From Gloeobacterales cyanobacterium (GTDB taxonomy: Bacteria > Cyanobacteriota > Cyanobacteriia > Gloeobacterales > PMM-0068), in the NCBI GenBank assembly GCA_038245785.1, contig JBBRSB010000009.1:1-64000 (forward strand): a stretch of 64,000 bases of DNA, given 5' to 3'. The notes under the pieces are model-generated. The model had not been told where the DNA came from and searched no databases. It saw nothing but the letters and a program-made list of their open reading frames with translations. The translations under genes were made by a program, and so were the position numbers. This document shows, piece after piece, positions 28,321-39,581 of the stretch. Every line of letters begins with the position of its first letter. Position 1 is the stretch's first letter.

Positions 28321-28638
28321 TTATAGCTTGACTTCGATGTCCACTCCAGCAGGCAAATCGAGCTTCATCAAAGCATCGATCGTCTTAGCGGTGGGTTGAT
28401 AGATATCTATAATCCGACGATGGGTGCGGGTTTCAAAATGCTCTCGTGAGTCTTTATCCACGTGGGGTGAGCGCAGGACGCAGTAGCGACGCAGACGCGT
28501 AGGCAAGGGGATAGGGCCCACAGAAGCGGCATTCGTCCGGTTCGCCGTTTCCACGATTTTGTCGCAGGACGTGTCCAACAGAGCATGGTCAAAAGCCTGT
28601 AAGCGAATCCGAATTTTTTGCTGTTGTAGAGTTGCCAT
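28321..28638 (-). CDS. rpsJ: 30S ribosomal protein S10
   Basis: [23 protein letters not shown]. Confidence 0.98.
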   Translation of the reverse strand: MATLQQQKIRIRLQAFDHALLDTSCDKIVETANRTNAASVGPIPLPTRLRRYCVLRSPHVDKDSREHFETRTHRRIIDIYQPTAKTIDALMKLDLPAGVDIEVKL

Positions 28639-28728
28639 GGACTGATTCCTTATGGGTCCTTATGGACCAAGCGCGAGATTCAAACAAAACAGGTCAAGGG
28701 AGCATGTTTTAATGCTCCCTTGAAAGAT

Positions 28729-29958
28729 CTATTTAACGATCTTAGAAACGACACCAGCACCAACAGTACGACCGCCTTCACGAATAGCGAAGCGCATGCC
28801 TTGCTCAATCGCGATCGGGTGGATCAATTCAACCGTCATCTTGATACGGTCTCCAGGCATAACCATTTCAATCGAAGCTCCATCATCGCTGGTAAAGCCT
28901 TTAATCGTTCCGGTCACGTCGGTAGTCCGTACGTAGAACTGAGGACGGTAGTTGGTAAAGAATGGGGTGTGGCGACCTCCCTCTTCTTTCGAGAGGATGT
29001 ACACTTCACCTTCAAACTGGGTGTGAGGGGTGATAGAACCGGGCTTGGCCAAAACCATACCCCGCTCAATGTCCTCTTTCTTGATACCGCGCAGTAGTAT
29101 GCCGATGTTATCTCCAGCTGTGCCTTCTTCGAGCGTCTTGGTAAACATCTCTAGACCGGTGACGGTAGCCTTGCGGGTGTCGCGGATGCCAATGATTTCG
29201 ATTTCTTCAGAGATCTTGACCTTGCCACGCTCAATACGACCGGTTGCAACCGTACCCCGACCTGTGATCGAGAAAACGTCTTCTACTGCCATCAAGAAGG
29301 GCTTATCCGTGTCACGTATAGGCGTATCGATGTACGCATCCACAGTATCCATAAGCGTATAGATCTTGTCTACCCACTCATTCTCCCCACGCTTCGTAGT
29401 AGGGTTTTTCACCATGTGTTCCAAAGCCATCAGGGCAGAGCCAATCGTGATCGGCACATCATCCCCAGGGAAATCATAGGAGGTAAGCAGTTCACGAACT
29501 TCTAGTTCAACCAGCTCTAGCAGCTCTTCGTCGTCTACTTGGTCTTGCTTGTTCAAGAAAACAACGAGCTTGGGTACACCAACTTGACGGGCTAAAAGGA
29601 TGTGCTCACGGGTCTGAGGCATGGGGCCATCAGCAGCGGAGCAAACCAGAATCGCTCCATCCATTTGAGCGGCTCCGGTGATCATGTTTTTAACGTAGTC
29701 AGCGTGACCAGGGCAATCCACGTGAGCATAGTGACGTGCTGGAGTCTCATACTCAACGTGAGCTGTATTGATCGTGATACCCCGTGCTTTTTCTTCAGGG
29801 GCAGCATCGATCTCGTCATACTTTTTAGCCTTGGCGCCGCCGGTAGCAGCCAGGGTCATAGTGATTGCTGCAGTCAGGGTGGTTTTGCCATGGTCTACGT
29901 GACCAATGGTACCGATATTGACGTGGGGTTTGGTCCGTTCGAACTTAGCACGAGCCAT
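28729..29958 (-). CDS. tuf: Elongation factor Tu
   Basis: [14 protein letters not shown]. Confidence 0.99.
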   Translation of the reverse strand: MARAKFERTKPHVNIGTIGHVDHGKTTLTAAITMTLAATGGAKAKKYDEIDAAPEEKARGITINTAHVEYETPARHYAHVDCPGHADYVKNMITGAAQMDGAILVCSAADGPMPQTREHILLARQVGVPKLVVFLNKQDQVDDEELLELVELEVRELLTSYDFPGDDVPITIGSALMALEHMVKNPTTKRGENEWVDKIYTLMDTVDAYIDTPIRDTDKPFLMAVEDVFSITGRGTVATGRIERGKVKISEEIEIIGIRDTRKATVTGLEMFTKTLEEGTAGDNIGILLRGIKKEDIERGMVLAKPGSITPHTQFEGEVYILSKEEGGRHTPFFTNYRPQFYVRTTDVTGTIKGFTSDDGASIEMVMPGDRIKMTVELIHPIAIEQGMRFAIREGGRTVGAGVVSKIVK

Positions 29959-29979
29959 GGTGTTTATATTCCTCTCTTG

Positions 29980-32103
29980 TTACGCTTTCCCTTGATTTTT
30001 CGCGATGATCTGTTCAGCAATGTTCCGAGGTACCTCTTCATAGGTGCTGAATTCCATAGAGAAGGTACCACGCCCCTGGGTCTTGGAGCGAATATCGGTG
30101 GCATAACCAAACATTTCTGACAGGGGAACTTTAGCTGTCACTTTGGCAAGGCCAGCCTCAGAACCCATCCCTTCAATTTGACCGCGACGAGAGTTCAAGT
30201 CTCCCATCACATCCCCAAGGAAATCCTCAGGGGCTTCCACTTCCACTTTCATCGTCGGTTCCAAAATCACAGGAGCCGCTTGACGCACTGCATCTTTCAA
30301 TGCCTGAGAACCGGCAATCTTGAACGCCATTTCAGAGGAGTCAACTTCGTGGTAGGAGCCATCTACGAGGGTGATTTTCACATCAATGACTGGATAGCCC
30401 GCGATGACACCGCCTTCTAAGGCTTCACGGACTCCATTTTCAACTGCTGGAATGTACTCTCTCGGAATAACCCCACCCACAATTTTGTTCACGAACTGGA
30501 ACCCTGTTCCCACTTCACCAGGGGTTAGATCAATAACGACATGGCCGTACTGTCCCTTACCGCCAGACTGACGAATAAACTTCTTGTCTATATGGGAATC
30601 TTTACGCACCGTCTCTCGGTAGCCCACCTGAGGAGCTCCGACATCCGCTTCTACTTTGAATTCCCGCAGCATCCGGTCTACCAGGATTTCCAAGTGAAGC
30701 TCACCCATCCCGGCAATGATCGTCTGGTTGGTTTCCGGATCAATTTTTACCCGGAAGGTTGGGTCTTCTTCAGATAGCGCTTGTAGCGCCTTGGAGAGCT
30801 TGTCCAAGTCAGCCTTGGTCTTGGGCTCAACGGCCACTTCAATAACAGGTTCAGGAATGAAAAGCGATTCCAAGATGATCGGATTATCTGGATCAGCCAG
30901 GGTATCTCCAGTGGTCGTGTCTTTAAGTCCGACAACGGCTCCTAGATCACCAGCACGCAGTTCGTCTACTTCAATTCGGTCATCAGCTTTCAGAACGACT
31001 AGGCGAGAGATGCGTTCGCGCTTGCCTTTGCCTACGTTAAGCGCATAGGTCCCTTTTTGAAGTATGCCAGAGTAAACCCGGACGAAGGTCAAACGACCGA
31101 CAAAGGGGTCAGACTGAATTTTGAAGGCTAGCGCCGAAAGAGGCGCACTGTCATCAGCCGGACGCTCGATTTCTTCTCCACTAGAAAGCACGCCCTTGAT
31201 CGCTTTCACTTCTAAAGGCGAAGGGAGGTAATCTACGACCGCGTCTAGCAGCGTTTGCACGCCACGGTTCTTAAAGGCAGAACCACAGATTAGCGGAACA
31301 ATCTTGCTGTCAATGACTGCTTGACGCAGCGCCTTCATGATTTCTTCTTCACTGAAGGGCTCTTCTTCCATGTACTTCATCATCAGGTCATCATCGGTTT
31401 CAGCGACTTTTTCCATCAATAAAGCGCGGAATTCTTGAGCCTTCTCTTCATATTCAGCAGGAATCTGTTCATCCCGAATGTCGTTGCCGACATCGTCGTA
31501 ATAGACCTTGGCGCGCATGCTGATTAGGTCAATCACACCGGAGAAATTAGACTCTTCACCGATCGGGATCTGAATCGGAACCGCGTTCGCTCTCAAGCGC
31601 GTGACGGCTTGCTCAAAAACTTTGTAGAAATTAGCGCCTGTGCGGTCCATCTTATTTACAAAGATAAAACGGGGGACTTTGTAACGGTCTGCTTGACGCC
31701 ACACTGTTTCGGTCTGAGGCTGTACACCGCCCACCGAGCAGAGAACGACAATAACGCCGTCAAGTACCCGCATGGAACGCTCAACTTCAATCGTGAAGTC
31801 GACGTGCCCAGGGGTGTCGATAATGTTAATCCGGTGCTCTAAAGCCCCAGGAGCCGCTTTGCTCGGGTCTTTAGGATCTCTATGAGTCCACTGGGAAGAG
31901 ATAGCCGCTGCGGTGATGGTGATGCCACGCTCACGCTCTTGTTCCATCCAGTCAGTCACGGCAGTGCCATCATGGACCTCGCCCAGCTTGTGGACGACAC
32001 CTGAATAAAAAAGAATTCTTTCGGTCGTGGTGGTTTTGCCCGCATCAATGTGCGCAGCGATTCCAATATTCCGTACCCTTTCCAGGGGATAAGCCCGTGC
32101 CAC
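29980..32103 (-). CDS. fusA: Elongation factor G
   Basis: [24 protein letters not shown]. Confidence 0.99.
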   Translation of the reverse strand: MARAYPLERVRNIGIAAHIDAGKTTTTERILFYSGVVHKLGEVHDGTAVTDWMEQERERGITITAAAISSQWTHRDPKDPSKAAPGALEHRINIIDTPGHVDFTIEVERSMRVLDGVIVVLCSVGGVQPQTETVWRQADRYKVPRFIFVNKMDRTGANFYKVFEQAVTRLRANAVPIQIPIGEESNFSGVIDLISMRAKVYYDDVGNDIRDEQIPAEYEEKAQEFRALLMEKVAETDDDLMMKYMEEEPFSEEEIMKALRQAVIDSKIVPLICGSAFKNRGVQTLLDAVVDYLPSPLEVKAIKGVLSSGEEIERPADDSAPLSALAFKIQSDPFVGRLTFVRVYSGILQKGTYALNVGKGKRERISRLVVLKADDRIEVDELRAGDLGAVVGLKDTTTGDTLADPDNPIILESLFIPEPVIEVAVEPKTKADLDKLSKALQALSEEDPTFRVKIDPETNQTIIAGMGELHLEILVDRMLREFKVEADVGAPQVGYRETVRKDSHIDKKFIRQSGGKGQYGHVVIDLTPGEVGTGFQFVNKIVGGVIPREYIPAVENGVREALEGGVIAGYPVIDVKITLVDGSYHEVDSSEMAFKIAGSQALKDAVRQAAPVILEPTMKVEVEAPEDFLGDVMGDLNSRRGQIEGMGSEAGLAKVTAKVPLSEMFGYATDIRSKTQGRGTFSMEFSTYEEVPRNIAEQIIAKNQGKA

Positions 32104-32169
32104 AACTGCCTCCTTGCGTTAACGCTGGCCCTATAAGTGAAAAATGCAAACTTTCATTACAACTCTAGC

Positions 32170-32667
32170 TTAGTAGTGATAGTGGGCAAATGCCTTGTTT
32201 GCCTCTGCCATCTTATGAGTTTCTTCCCGCTTACGGATGGCATTGCCTGTTTCCTTCGCTGCATCCATGAGTTCATTGGAAAGCTTGTCTACCATAGACT
32301 TGCCTGGACGCTTGCGAGAAGCCGTAATAATCCAACGCAAAGCCAACGCCGTGCCCCGTTCTGAGCGTACTTCCATCGGCACTTGATAGGTAGCGCCCCC
32401 TACCCGACGAGCTTTGACCTCTACCAACGGAGTTGCATTGCGCACTGCGTTGTTGAATACCTCTAGAGGTTCATCGCCTGTACGCTCTTTAATGCGCTCC
32501 AAGGCTCCATAAAAGATGCTCTCTGATACAGACTTTTTGCCATCGAACATGAGTTTCGCTACCATCATGGCCACAAGACGGCTGTTAAATACGCCATCTG
32601 CGGTAGTTGTGCGTTTCTTGTAAGTGGGGCGTAAACCTTTGTCAGTTTTAATGCGACGGCGGGACAT
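32170..32667 (-). CDS. rpsG: 30S ribosomal protein S7
   Basis: [21 protein letters not shown]. Confidence 0.98.
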   Translation of the reverse strand: MSRRRIKTDKGLRPTYKKRTTTADGVFNSRLVAMMVAKLMFDGKKSVSESIFYGALERIKERTGDEPLEVFNNAVRNATPLVEVKARRVGGATYQVPMEVRSERGTALALRWIITASRKRPGKSMVDKLSNELMDAAKETGNAIRKREETHKMAEANKAFAHYHY

Positions 32668-32706
32668 GGTTCTGAACTCTCCTTAGATGAGGCGGCAGGG
32701 AATAAA

Positions 32707-33096
32707 TTACTTCTTGGCTGGAGCTGCTTTAGGGGTTTTGGCCCCGTACTTGGAGCGCCCTTGCTTACGGTCTTTCACCCCTGCAGTGTCCAAGGTCCCA
32801 CGGATAATGTGATAACGCACTCCAGGAAGGTCTTTTACCCTTCCACCCCGAATCATTACGACGGAATGCTCCTGCAGGTTATGGCCAATACCAGGAATAT
32901 AGGCAGTGACTTCAAAACCAGAAGTTAAGCGTACACGGGCTACCTTACGTAGAGCCGAGTTGGGCTTCTTGGGGGTGGTTGTATACACTCTCGTACATAC
33001 ACCACGACGCTGCGGACAAGATTTGAGCGCAGGAGATTTAGTCTTCTTTTTCTGGTTAAAACGCTCATTACGGATGAGCTGCGCAATTGTGGGCAT
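32707..33096 (-). CDS. rpsL: 30S ribosomal protein S12
   Basis: [23 protein letters not shown]. Confidence 0.98.
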   Translation of the reverse strand: MPTIAQLIRNERFNQKKKTKSPALKSCPQRRGVCTRVYTTTPKKPNSALRKVARVRLTSGFEVTAYIPGIGHNLQEHSVVMIRGGRVKDLPGVRYHIIRGTLDTAGVKDRKQGRSKYGAKTPKAAPAKK

Positions 33097-33255
33097 AGTG
33101 ACGCGATTCTGTATGAGCAACGAGGATTGAAGATATCAATTTATGGGGTACCTTGTCAAGGTAGCTTCTCTAGCGTGAAACGTTCTGTTAAGGGACCCTA
33201 GAAAGCTGCTTAAGCGAATAGTGGGCGTTTTCAGGCATAGATAAAGCTGGATAAC

Positions 33256-33708
33256 ATGACCATTTTTGAGCAATCTATAGAAATTGGAGCCTCTTTTGAG
33301 ATTGTAGACCGCTGCATCACAGAGCAGCCTTTGATGGTTCGCTGGCTCAATCCATTCCTGCGCTGTGAATCGGTTGGGCCCTGGTCGGTGGCAGTGGGGA
33401 GTCGCTTTCGCTTTCTCCTAAGTATTCCCGTGCTTCAGCCTGCTTTGGATTGTGTCGTGAAAGAACGTGGGCCGGGCTTGATGGAATGGGAATTTAAGGG
33501 ATTTTTTGTGGGTACGGACCGCTGGGAATGCTTTCCGCAAGAGGCTGGGACGCTCTTGGTGAATCGTTTTTGCTTTGAGATTCCCAATGTGCTTGTGCAG
33601 ACGGGCTTTAACCTTTTTGCGCAATCCTTGACCCGTCAGGACATGATGGCCCAACTGCAACGGCTGAAGACTGTAGCTGAAAAGTTCTCAAACTCTGAGT
33701 TACTTTAG
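33256..33708 (+). CDS. SRPBCC/polyketide-cyclase-like protein
   Basis: FEQSI.I.A, W.F.GFF.G.DRWEC pattern. Confidence 0.7.
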   Translation: MTIFEQSIEIGASFEIVDRCITEQPLMVRWLNPFLRCESVGPWSVAVGSRFRFLLSIPVLQPALDCVVKERGPGLMEWEFKGFFVGTDRWECFPQEAGTLLVNRFCFEIPNVLVQTGFNLFAQSLTRQDMMAQLQRLKTVAEKFSNSELL

Positions 33709-33734
33709 AGAGGAGACATTCTTAACAAAACGCA

Positions 33735-34274
33735 ATGACTGCTGACCTTGGAAATACGGGACTTTTCAACGAGCGATTTGCCAAAAATTTGATTCCATTG
33801 CCTGGGTTTACGGTTCCGCAGGTAGGGGAGCTAGCTCCTGATTTCACATTGCCTCGTGTCGGGGATACCGCTGTTAAGCTATCGGACTTCTTTGGGCGGC
33901 AGCCTGTTATTTTGGCATTCACCCGCATCTTTACGGAAAAGCTCTTTTGTCCCTTCTGCTATCCCCATATTCAAGACCTGAAGGACCGCTATCAGGAAAT
34001 TCAAGAGGCTGGAGCCGAACTGCTGATGATTAGCAGCACAGACCCAGTGCAAAGCGCTCAGGTTGTGCAAGATTTGGCCTTGCCCTATCCCTTTTTGTAT
34101 GACCCTGCTTGTACTACGTTCCGTATGTATGGCGCTGGACAAGCCTTGGGTGCTCCTTTGCCCGCCCAGTATCTCTTGGATAAGTCTGGCCGCATTGTTG
34201 AGCGGCATCTGTTCTCTTTTGTGGACCATAACGTTGATACCGATGAGATATTAGCGCTCCTGAAGAAGCTGTAA
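33735..34274 (+). CDS. AhpC/TSA (peroxiredoxin-like) protein
   Basis: G..APDF.L, CPFC. Confidence 0.82.
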   Translation: MTADLGNTGLFNERFAKNLIPLPGFTVPQVGELAPDFTLPRVGDTAVKLSDFFGRQPVILAFTRIFTEKLFCPFCYPHIQDLKDRYQEIQEAGAELLMISSTDPVQSAQVVQDLALPYPFLYDPACTTFRMYGAGQALGAPLPAQYLLDKSGRIVERHLFSFVDHNVDTDEILALLKKL

Positions 34275-34277
34275 GTT

Positions 34278-34835
34278 ATGGTCTCGGAACTAGCTACAAT
34301 CCGCCACTGGTTATCTGGCACCTACAGCAACCGCCAACAAGCTATGGCTGAGCCTGTTTGGTTCATCCCGGTCACACTTTGGTATGTACCAGTGGATGGT
34401 TTGTTTTCTGAAGGTGTTGGCTTTTTCACCGAGCAGGTAAGCGAACATACGCCAGCCCAGCCCTATCGCGCACGGGTTCTACAGTTACTGGAAAATCCCC
34501 TGCGCTTTGAAAATTATCGATTGAAAGACCAGGCTGTATGGGCCGGGGCATCAAAGCATCCAGAACGCCTGAGTTCTCTTACCTCAGAGCATCTAGAACT
34601 TCTGCCAGGATGCACCATTTATCTAGAGCGCAAGGACAACTGTTATCTCGGAAAAATGAAAGAAGACCAAGGATGTCGTCTAAGCTCCGACAGTACGAGC
34701 TGTGTCCAGATTGAATTTGAACTAACCGATACGGCCTTCATTACCCTAGACCGAGGCTTTGACCTCGCCACGAATGTTCAGGTTTGGGGTTCTAAAGGGG
34801 GGCCTTATCACTATCTCAAGCAGGTTCTCTCATGA
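34278..34835 (+). CDS. CpcT/CpeT-family chromophore lyase
   Basis: G.YSN..QA...P.WF, PYR.R, LPGC, DRGFD....QVWGS..GPY. Confidence 0.85.
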   Translation: MVSELATIRHWLSGTYSNRQQAMAEPVWFIPVTLWYVPVDGLFSEGVGFFTEQVSEHTPAQPYRARVLQLLENPLRFENYRLKDQAVWAGASKHPERLSSLTSEHLELLPGCTIYLERKDNCYLGKMKEDQGCRLSSDSTSCVQIEFELTDTAFITLDRGFDLATNVQVWGSKGGPYHYLKQVLS

Positions 34836-35638
34836 AGAATCAAATCCAGAGTTTGGCCATGCATTTGGGCCAATGGGAAGGGATGTTCACTGATTTTTCT
34901 TCAGAAGTCAAACTCTTGGGACATAAAAGTAGTGTCATCCTTTTTGAAGAACCCGAGCCTAAAGTGATTCGTCAAACTAATCGCTATCCAGGTTGTGAAG
35001 ATAAAGTCTGGGAATATCGAGACCTCTCTGCAGGCATCCGATTTTTTGAAGATGGTTCATTCTCCAATGGCAGAGTCCAGCTAGCTCCATTTTCAACCTT
35101 TGCTGCAGAACAGGGCTTCTTATACGGGGATCAAAAGGCGAGAATAGTACAACTGTTTGATACTGATGGCAAAGCTACTACAATTACAACGATTCAGGAA
35201 ATGAGAGGAAGAACCTATCAAACTCCAGCTTCTCTAAAAAACCCTTTAGAGCGCCTCTTGGGCACTTGGAAAGGAAAAGCTTTAGTGCTTTCTCCTGATT
35301 GGCCTGAGCCAGAGAAACTGGAAAGTGAACTCATTTTTGAAAAAGATGGAACGCAGATTCATAGACAGTTCAAAATGGGAATGCAGGTTTTTGATTGGAT
35401 AGGAATCCATGAAGATTCTTCTGTGGATTTCAAATCATCTGTGATGGTCTTTTTTCCTGGAAACCTAATGGCTATGAGTCCTCCTGAGTTACCTTTATTA
35501 TCCTCAGATAAATCTTTCTCTATGGAAATAGGCTGGCTTGTAGATCCTCGAACCTGCCTTAGAATGATTCGCTACTATGACCACAAAGGTTCGTGGCAAA
35601 AGGTTGTGCTCATTAAAGAGCAATCTCAGGGGTTCTAG
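34832..35638 (+). CDS. DUF3598-family two-beta-barrel protein
   Basis: G.WEG.F and LLGTWKG repeats; R.YD..G.W. Confidence 0.7.
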   Translation: MKNQIQSLAMHLGQWEGMFTDFSSEVKLLGHKSSVILFEEPEPKVIRQTNRYPGCEDKVWEYRDLSAGIRFFEDGSFSNGRVQLAPFSTFAAEQGFLYGDQKARIVQLFDTDGKATTITTIQEMRGRTYQTPASLKNPLERLLGTWKGKALVLSPDWPEPEKLESELIFEKDGTQIHRQFKMGMQVFDWIGIHEDSSVDFKSSVMVFFPGNLMAMSPPELPLLSSDKSFSMEIGWLVDPRTCLRMIRYYDHKGSWQKVVLIKEQSQGF

Positions 35639-35680
35639 GTTACTCCTTTGCTTAAATAGGAATAGTTGACTGGGTGATTC

Positions 35681-36391
35681 ATGGATGTCCTTGTTGTTGA
35701 AGATGATAGAGAAATTTGTGAAGCCCTCCAGATCGTACTCGCGCCAGAGGGGTTTAACGTGCGGTTTGCCTATAACGGCCTGAGTGCGCTTGCTGCCTTT
35801 GAACAGCAATGTCCTGATGTTATCCTGCTTGATTGGATGCTGCCGGGGTTGGATGGTATTGAAGTCTGCAACCGGATTCGAGCTACGCCTCAAGGGAGTG
35901 CGCCCTATATCTTGATGCTTACGGCCCGTGATCAAGACATAGATAAAGTGATTGGTCTTTCTACAGGGGCTGACGATTATATTGTTAAACCTTTTAGCCC
36001 TATGGAGCTGATTGCTCGGATTCGAGCGGTGGTTCGCCGTTCGCAGCGTCAAGGGAGCGTATCCCCCACGAATATTCTCAAGTCAGAGCACTTCACAGTA
36101 GACCTGGATAGCCACACGGCCCAACAGGATGGCCAGGCATTAAATCTTACAACCCTGGAATTTAGCCTCTTATCCACCTTTATGACGCAGTTAAACCGGG
36201 TATGGACCCGTGAGCAATTGATTGGCCGTCTCTGGGGTGATGACTTCTTTGGGGATGAACGGGCTGTAGATAATCATATTGCTCGATTGCGGAAGAAGAT
36301 AGAAGAGAATCCAGCCCAGCCCCAATATTTAGTGACGGTGGTTGGGGTGGGATACAAGTTTGTGGATACTAAAGCCCATGGGGAAACTTGA
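35681..36391 (+). CDS. OmpR-family response regulator
   Basis: REC domain (VEDD, LDWMLP, KPF) plus wHTH. Confidence 0.92.
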   Translation: MDVLVVEDDREICEALQIVLAPEGFNVRFAYNGLSALAAFEQQCPDVILLDWMLPGLDGIEVCNRIRATPQGSAPYILMLTARDQDIDKVIGLSTGADDYIVKPFSPMELIARIRAVVRRSQRQGSVSPTNILKSEHFTVDLDSHTAQQDGQALNLTTLEFSLLSTFMTQLNRVWTREQLIGRLWGDDFFGDERAVDNHIARLRKKIEENPAQPQYLVTVVGVGYKFVDTKAHGET

Positions 36392-37466
36392 TCTCAGAAC
36401 CCGACTCTTTGTCGCTTTTATGGGCATTATCCTGATTTCTCTGATAGCTGTTTTCGCTGTCGGTTGGGCAATCACCCCTCTATACTTTGAGGCCCATTTG
36501 AAGTCTCTTCACGTGAGCCGACCAGAAGTTCAACTACTCGACAAGGAGCTAAATGAAGGCTTTCAATATGCCTGGATTGTGGGAGCTGGTTGGGCACTGG
36601 CACTGAGTTTGCCCTTAGCCTTGGGTCTGAGCCTTTTCGTAACGCGCCGTATTGTAAAACCGCTGAAGGCTATCCGAGCAGGAACGGCAGAGTTTGCAAA
36701 AGGCGCGTTTCAACGGCGCATTGCCCCTGTAGGAGTTCCTGAATTAGACCAGTTAGTTCGTAGTTTCAATAACTTGGCCGATAGTCTGCAAGGGGTTGAG
36801 CAGCGCCGTCAAGAATTGATTGCGGACCTTGCCCATGAATTGCGCACGCCCTTGACCGTTATCGGGATTTATATGGAAGGACTTGCAGATGGAAGCATAG
36901 CAGGAGAGTCAGAGGTCTATAGCCGCTTAAACCGAGAAACGCAGAAATTAAGAAGATTGGTCCGAGATCTGCAAGAACTCTCACGAGCCGAAGCAGGCTA
37001 TCTACCTCTGGAATTAAAAACGATAGCCCTTAAGCCTCTTTGTCTTGAACTCATCGAAAAATTCAGCGCTCAGATTCAAGAAGATGGGCCTGTTTTAAAG
37101 TTAGAAGTAGGTCAACTCCCCTTAGTCCTCGCCGATCCTGGCCGGGTCGAGCAGATTTTGATCAATCTTCTGAGCAATGCGCTCAGACACACGGACCATG
37201 GGACCATCGAGATTGGTACTATCCGAAAAGGAAATTTTGTTGAACTCTATGTGAAAGATACGGGCACGGGGATGAGCGCAGAAGATATCAAGCACGTATT
37301 TGAGCGGTTTTGGCGGGCAGACCCTTCCCGCAACAAAGCCACGGGAGGTTCAGGTATCGGCTTGACGATCGTCAAAAAGCTGGTGGAAATCCAAGGTGGA
37401 ATCGTCTGGGTGGAGAGCCATTTGGATGAGGGAACGACTTTCCATTTCACGTTACCTTTAGCCTAA
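36378..37466 (+). CDS. HAMP sensor histidine kinase (BaeS-like)
   Basis: 2 TM, HAMP, HELRTPL, N/G1/F/G2 boxes. Confidence 0.92.
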   Translation: MGKLDLRTRLFVAFMGIILISLIAVFAVGWAITPLYFEAHLKSLHVSRPEVQLLDKELNEGFQYAWIVGAGWALALSLPLALGLSLFVTRRIVKPLKAIRAGTAEFAKGAFQRRIAPVGVPELDQLVRSFNNLADSLQGVEQRRQELIADLAHELRTPLTVIGIYMEGLADGSIAGESEVYSRLNRETQKLRRLVRDLQELSRAEAGYLPLELKTIALKPLCLELIEKFSAQIQEDGPVLKLEVGQLPLVLADPGRVEQILINLLSNALRHTDHGTIEIGTIRKGNFVELYVKDTGTGMSAEDIKHVFERFWRADPSRNKATGGSGIGLTIVKKLVEIQGGIVWVESHLDEGTTFHFTLPLA

Positions 37467-37553
37467 CCTTTGGCGTACATACCAATGACATACGAATCCT
37501 ACGGGTTCGGTAACTGTGGGTTTTAGGCTTCATGTTATGCATCCACTATTGGT

Positions 37554-37658
37554 ATGAGTTCAACTATTGTTGAAGTGCTTATCGCCTTGGCGGTAGGTAC
37601 TACATTACTTTTCTTCTTGGGAAAATGGCTTCTAGCTTGTCTTTTCCCGAGTAGCTGA
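37554..37658 (+). CDS. Candidate 34-aa single-TM small protein
   Basis: MSSTIVEVLIALAVGTTLLFFLGKWLLACLFPSS*. Confidence 0.35.
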   Translation: MSSTIVEVLIALAVGTTLLFFLGKWLLACLFPSS

Positions 37659-37826
37659 TAGGGCATGAGAAGAAGTCTTTGAAAAGTTTGATAGAGCCTG
37701 AAACGGACAAGGCATCTTAGCTGGACTGAATTTGAGCTACTGATATGCAATGGATATAAAGCTGACAAACGCCTGGTATGTTTCTCTTTTAACGTTACTA
37801 ATAGACTCTACGGAACAAATTTAACC

Positions 37827-38093
37827 ATGAAAAAAATCGCTAGCTCTTTACTGCTTGCCCTGGCCCTGGCTGCTCCCGTGGTAATGCCCGCTGTCCAGGC
37901 AAAGACTGCTGCCACTCAGTCCAAAGTTGCTCAAGCCACTGACACAAAGCCTAAGAAAATGAAGAAATCTAAGAAATCTGCGATGAAAAAAGATGCCTCT
38001 ATGAAGAAGAGCGATTCTTCAATGAAGAAGGAAGAAGGTTCTATGAAGAAGACAGACGCGCCTGCGACCCCCACAGAACCTGCTAAGAAGTAA
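37827..38093 (+). CDS. Secreted Lys/Met-rich protein with MKK repeats (MXKDX-like)
   Basis: Signal peptide; AMKKDASMKKSDSSMKKEEGSMKK. Confidence 0.75.
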   Translation: MKKIASSLLLALALAAPVVMPAVQAKTAATQSKVAQATDTKPKKMKKSKKSAMKKDASMKKSDSSMKKEEGSMKKTDAPATPTEPAKK

Positions 38094-38129
38094 ACCTCCT
38101 CCTAGCTTCCTAGATATGCAAGTGATACT

Positions 38130-38151
38130 GCCGACGCAAGTCGGCTTTTTT
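38130..38151 (+). terminator. Intrinsic terminator
   Basis: GCCGAC-GCAA-GTCGGC-TTTTTT. Confidence 0.85.
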
Positions 38152-38152
38152 G

Positions 38153-38848
38153 TCACGAGATCGCTTTGGCAATGGCAAAAGCGACAGCAGCTGCCAAACC
38201 TCCGATGAACAAGGTCTGGAGGGCACTTCGTACAGGAGTCGTGCCCGTGAATTGGCCTTTGACATAGCCAAACAGGGCTAGTGCTATCAGGGTGAAGACT
38301 ACAGAAAAAGCTAAAGCTGTTTCTACGTTGGTCGTGAAGAAATAAGGGCTTAGAGGAATTAAGCCTCCGGTAATGTAAGCTCCTGCGATGGTGAGAGCAC
38401 TGGTCAGAGCACGTTTAGGATCGGTTTGTTCAAGACCAAGTTCAAAACGCATCATGAAGTCTATCCACGCTTCTGGACGCTTGCTCAGGGTTTCTACAAT
38501 CGGTTTACTTTGTTCTGCGGTTAAGCCATAGGACTGGAGAATCTGCATGACTTCTGCCACTTCTGCTTGCGGTTTTTCTTGTACTTCTCCTTGCTCCCGC
38601 GCCCGCTCGCTGTCGTAGTGCTCTGCATCACTGCGAGCGGCTAAATAGCCACCCAAACCCATTGCAATAGAACCTGCTGCAATTTCGGCCAATCCAGCCG
38701 TAACGATGACATGAGGGTCTGCAACGGCACCGGATAATCCCGCCGCTAGAGCAAAAGGCACCGTCAACCCATCTGACATGCCGATGACAATATCTCTAAT
38801 GGTCTCACCAGCGGTGAAATGACGCTCAATATGGGCTGTTTGGGGCAT
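38153..38848 (-). CDS. VIT1/CCC1 Fe/Mn transporter
   Basis: IGMSDGLTVPFALAAG, GSIAMGLGGYLA, MMRFELG. Confidence 0.92.
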   Translation of the reverse strand: MPQTAHIERHFTAGETIRDIVIGMSDGLTVPFALAAGLSGAVADPHVIVTAGLAEIAAGSIAMGLGGYLAARSDAEHYDSERAREQGEVQEKPQAEVAEVMQILQSYGLTAEQSKPIVETLSKRPEAWIDFMMRFELGLEQTDPKRALTSALTIAGAYITGGLIPLSPYFFTTNVETALAFSVVFTLIALALFGYVKGQFTGTTPVRSALQTLFIGGLAAAVAFAIAKAIS

Positions 38849-38977
38849 GATAGCCCTCCTTGATTACGCTTATCTTAGCCCAGAGAAAAGAAGATTATTG
38901 ATGCTAAAGAAACTTCCGTGATTGCAAGCCAGAGTACAGTCAAACGACCCCTTAAACTAAGGAGCATATGGAGCTAT

Positions 38978-39478
38978 ATGGAGAAAATAACATTGCAAGA
39001 CCCTGCAAGACCTTTAGGCGTCCAGCTAATTACTTTACAAAAAGGTTTATGGGGTAGTGTGCTTCTTATCGGTGCGATTGTTGTAGCTATTCTACGATTT
39101 GAACACATTGCAGAACCGGTGCAATTCATCCTCAATGAGTTGCGTGTAGATCCTCGTGGCCGTCTATGGAGTTTTTTGGTGGGTTTGGTACCTGCAGTAG
39201 ACCTTCGTCAGTTGACACAATTGAGTGTGTTCCTGTTCGCCTATGCTGTTGTGTCCCTAGTAGAATCCTGGGGGGTTTGGTACCGCAAGCTTTGGGTAGA
39301 AGTTTTCCTGGTGCTTGAGACTGCTGCTTTCTTGCCTTTGGAGATTATTGAACTGATCAAGAAGCTTTCTTTCTTTAAGCTCGGACTATTCGTTATCAAT
39401 CTGTTAATTGTTATATATTTAGCCAGAGAATTTTGGCGCAAATGGCAGGCTGAGCATGTAGAGAAAAAATCGATTTAG
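38978..39478 (+). CDS. DUF2127 membrane protein
   Basis: KG..G, YA...VE..G.W, LPLEI.E, NL.IV.YL. Confidence 0.7.
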   Translation: MEKITLQDPARPLGVQLITLQKGLWGSVLLIGAIVVAILRFEHIAEPVQFILNELRVDPRGRLWSFLVGLVPAVDLRQLTQLSVFLFAYAVVSLVESWGVWYRKLWVEVFLVLETAAFLPLEIIELIKKLSFFKLGLFVINLLIVIYLAREFWRKWQAEHVEKKSI

Positions 39479-39581
39479 TGTTCATACGAAGATATTGACA
39501 GACAAATTCGATATCGTAGACATAAGAATCACATATCCCAAGAATATATTTACAGGTGTTGTCCCTAATAAGGTACGAATA

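Noticed and set aside
35504..36052. 182-aa antisense ORF and the many similar shadow ORFs over core genes
   Set aside because: They overlap well-supported genes and lack motifs
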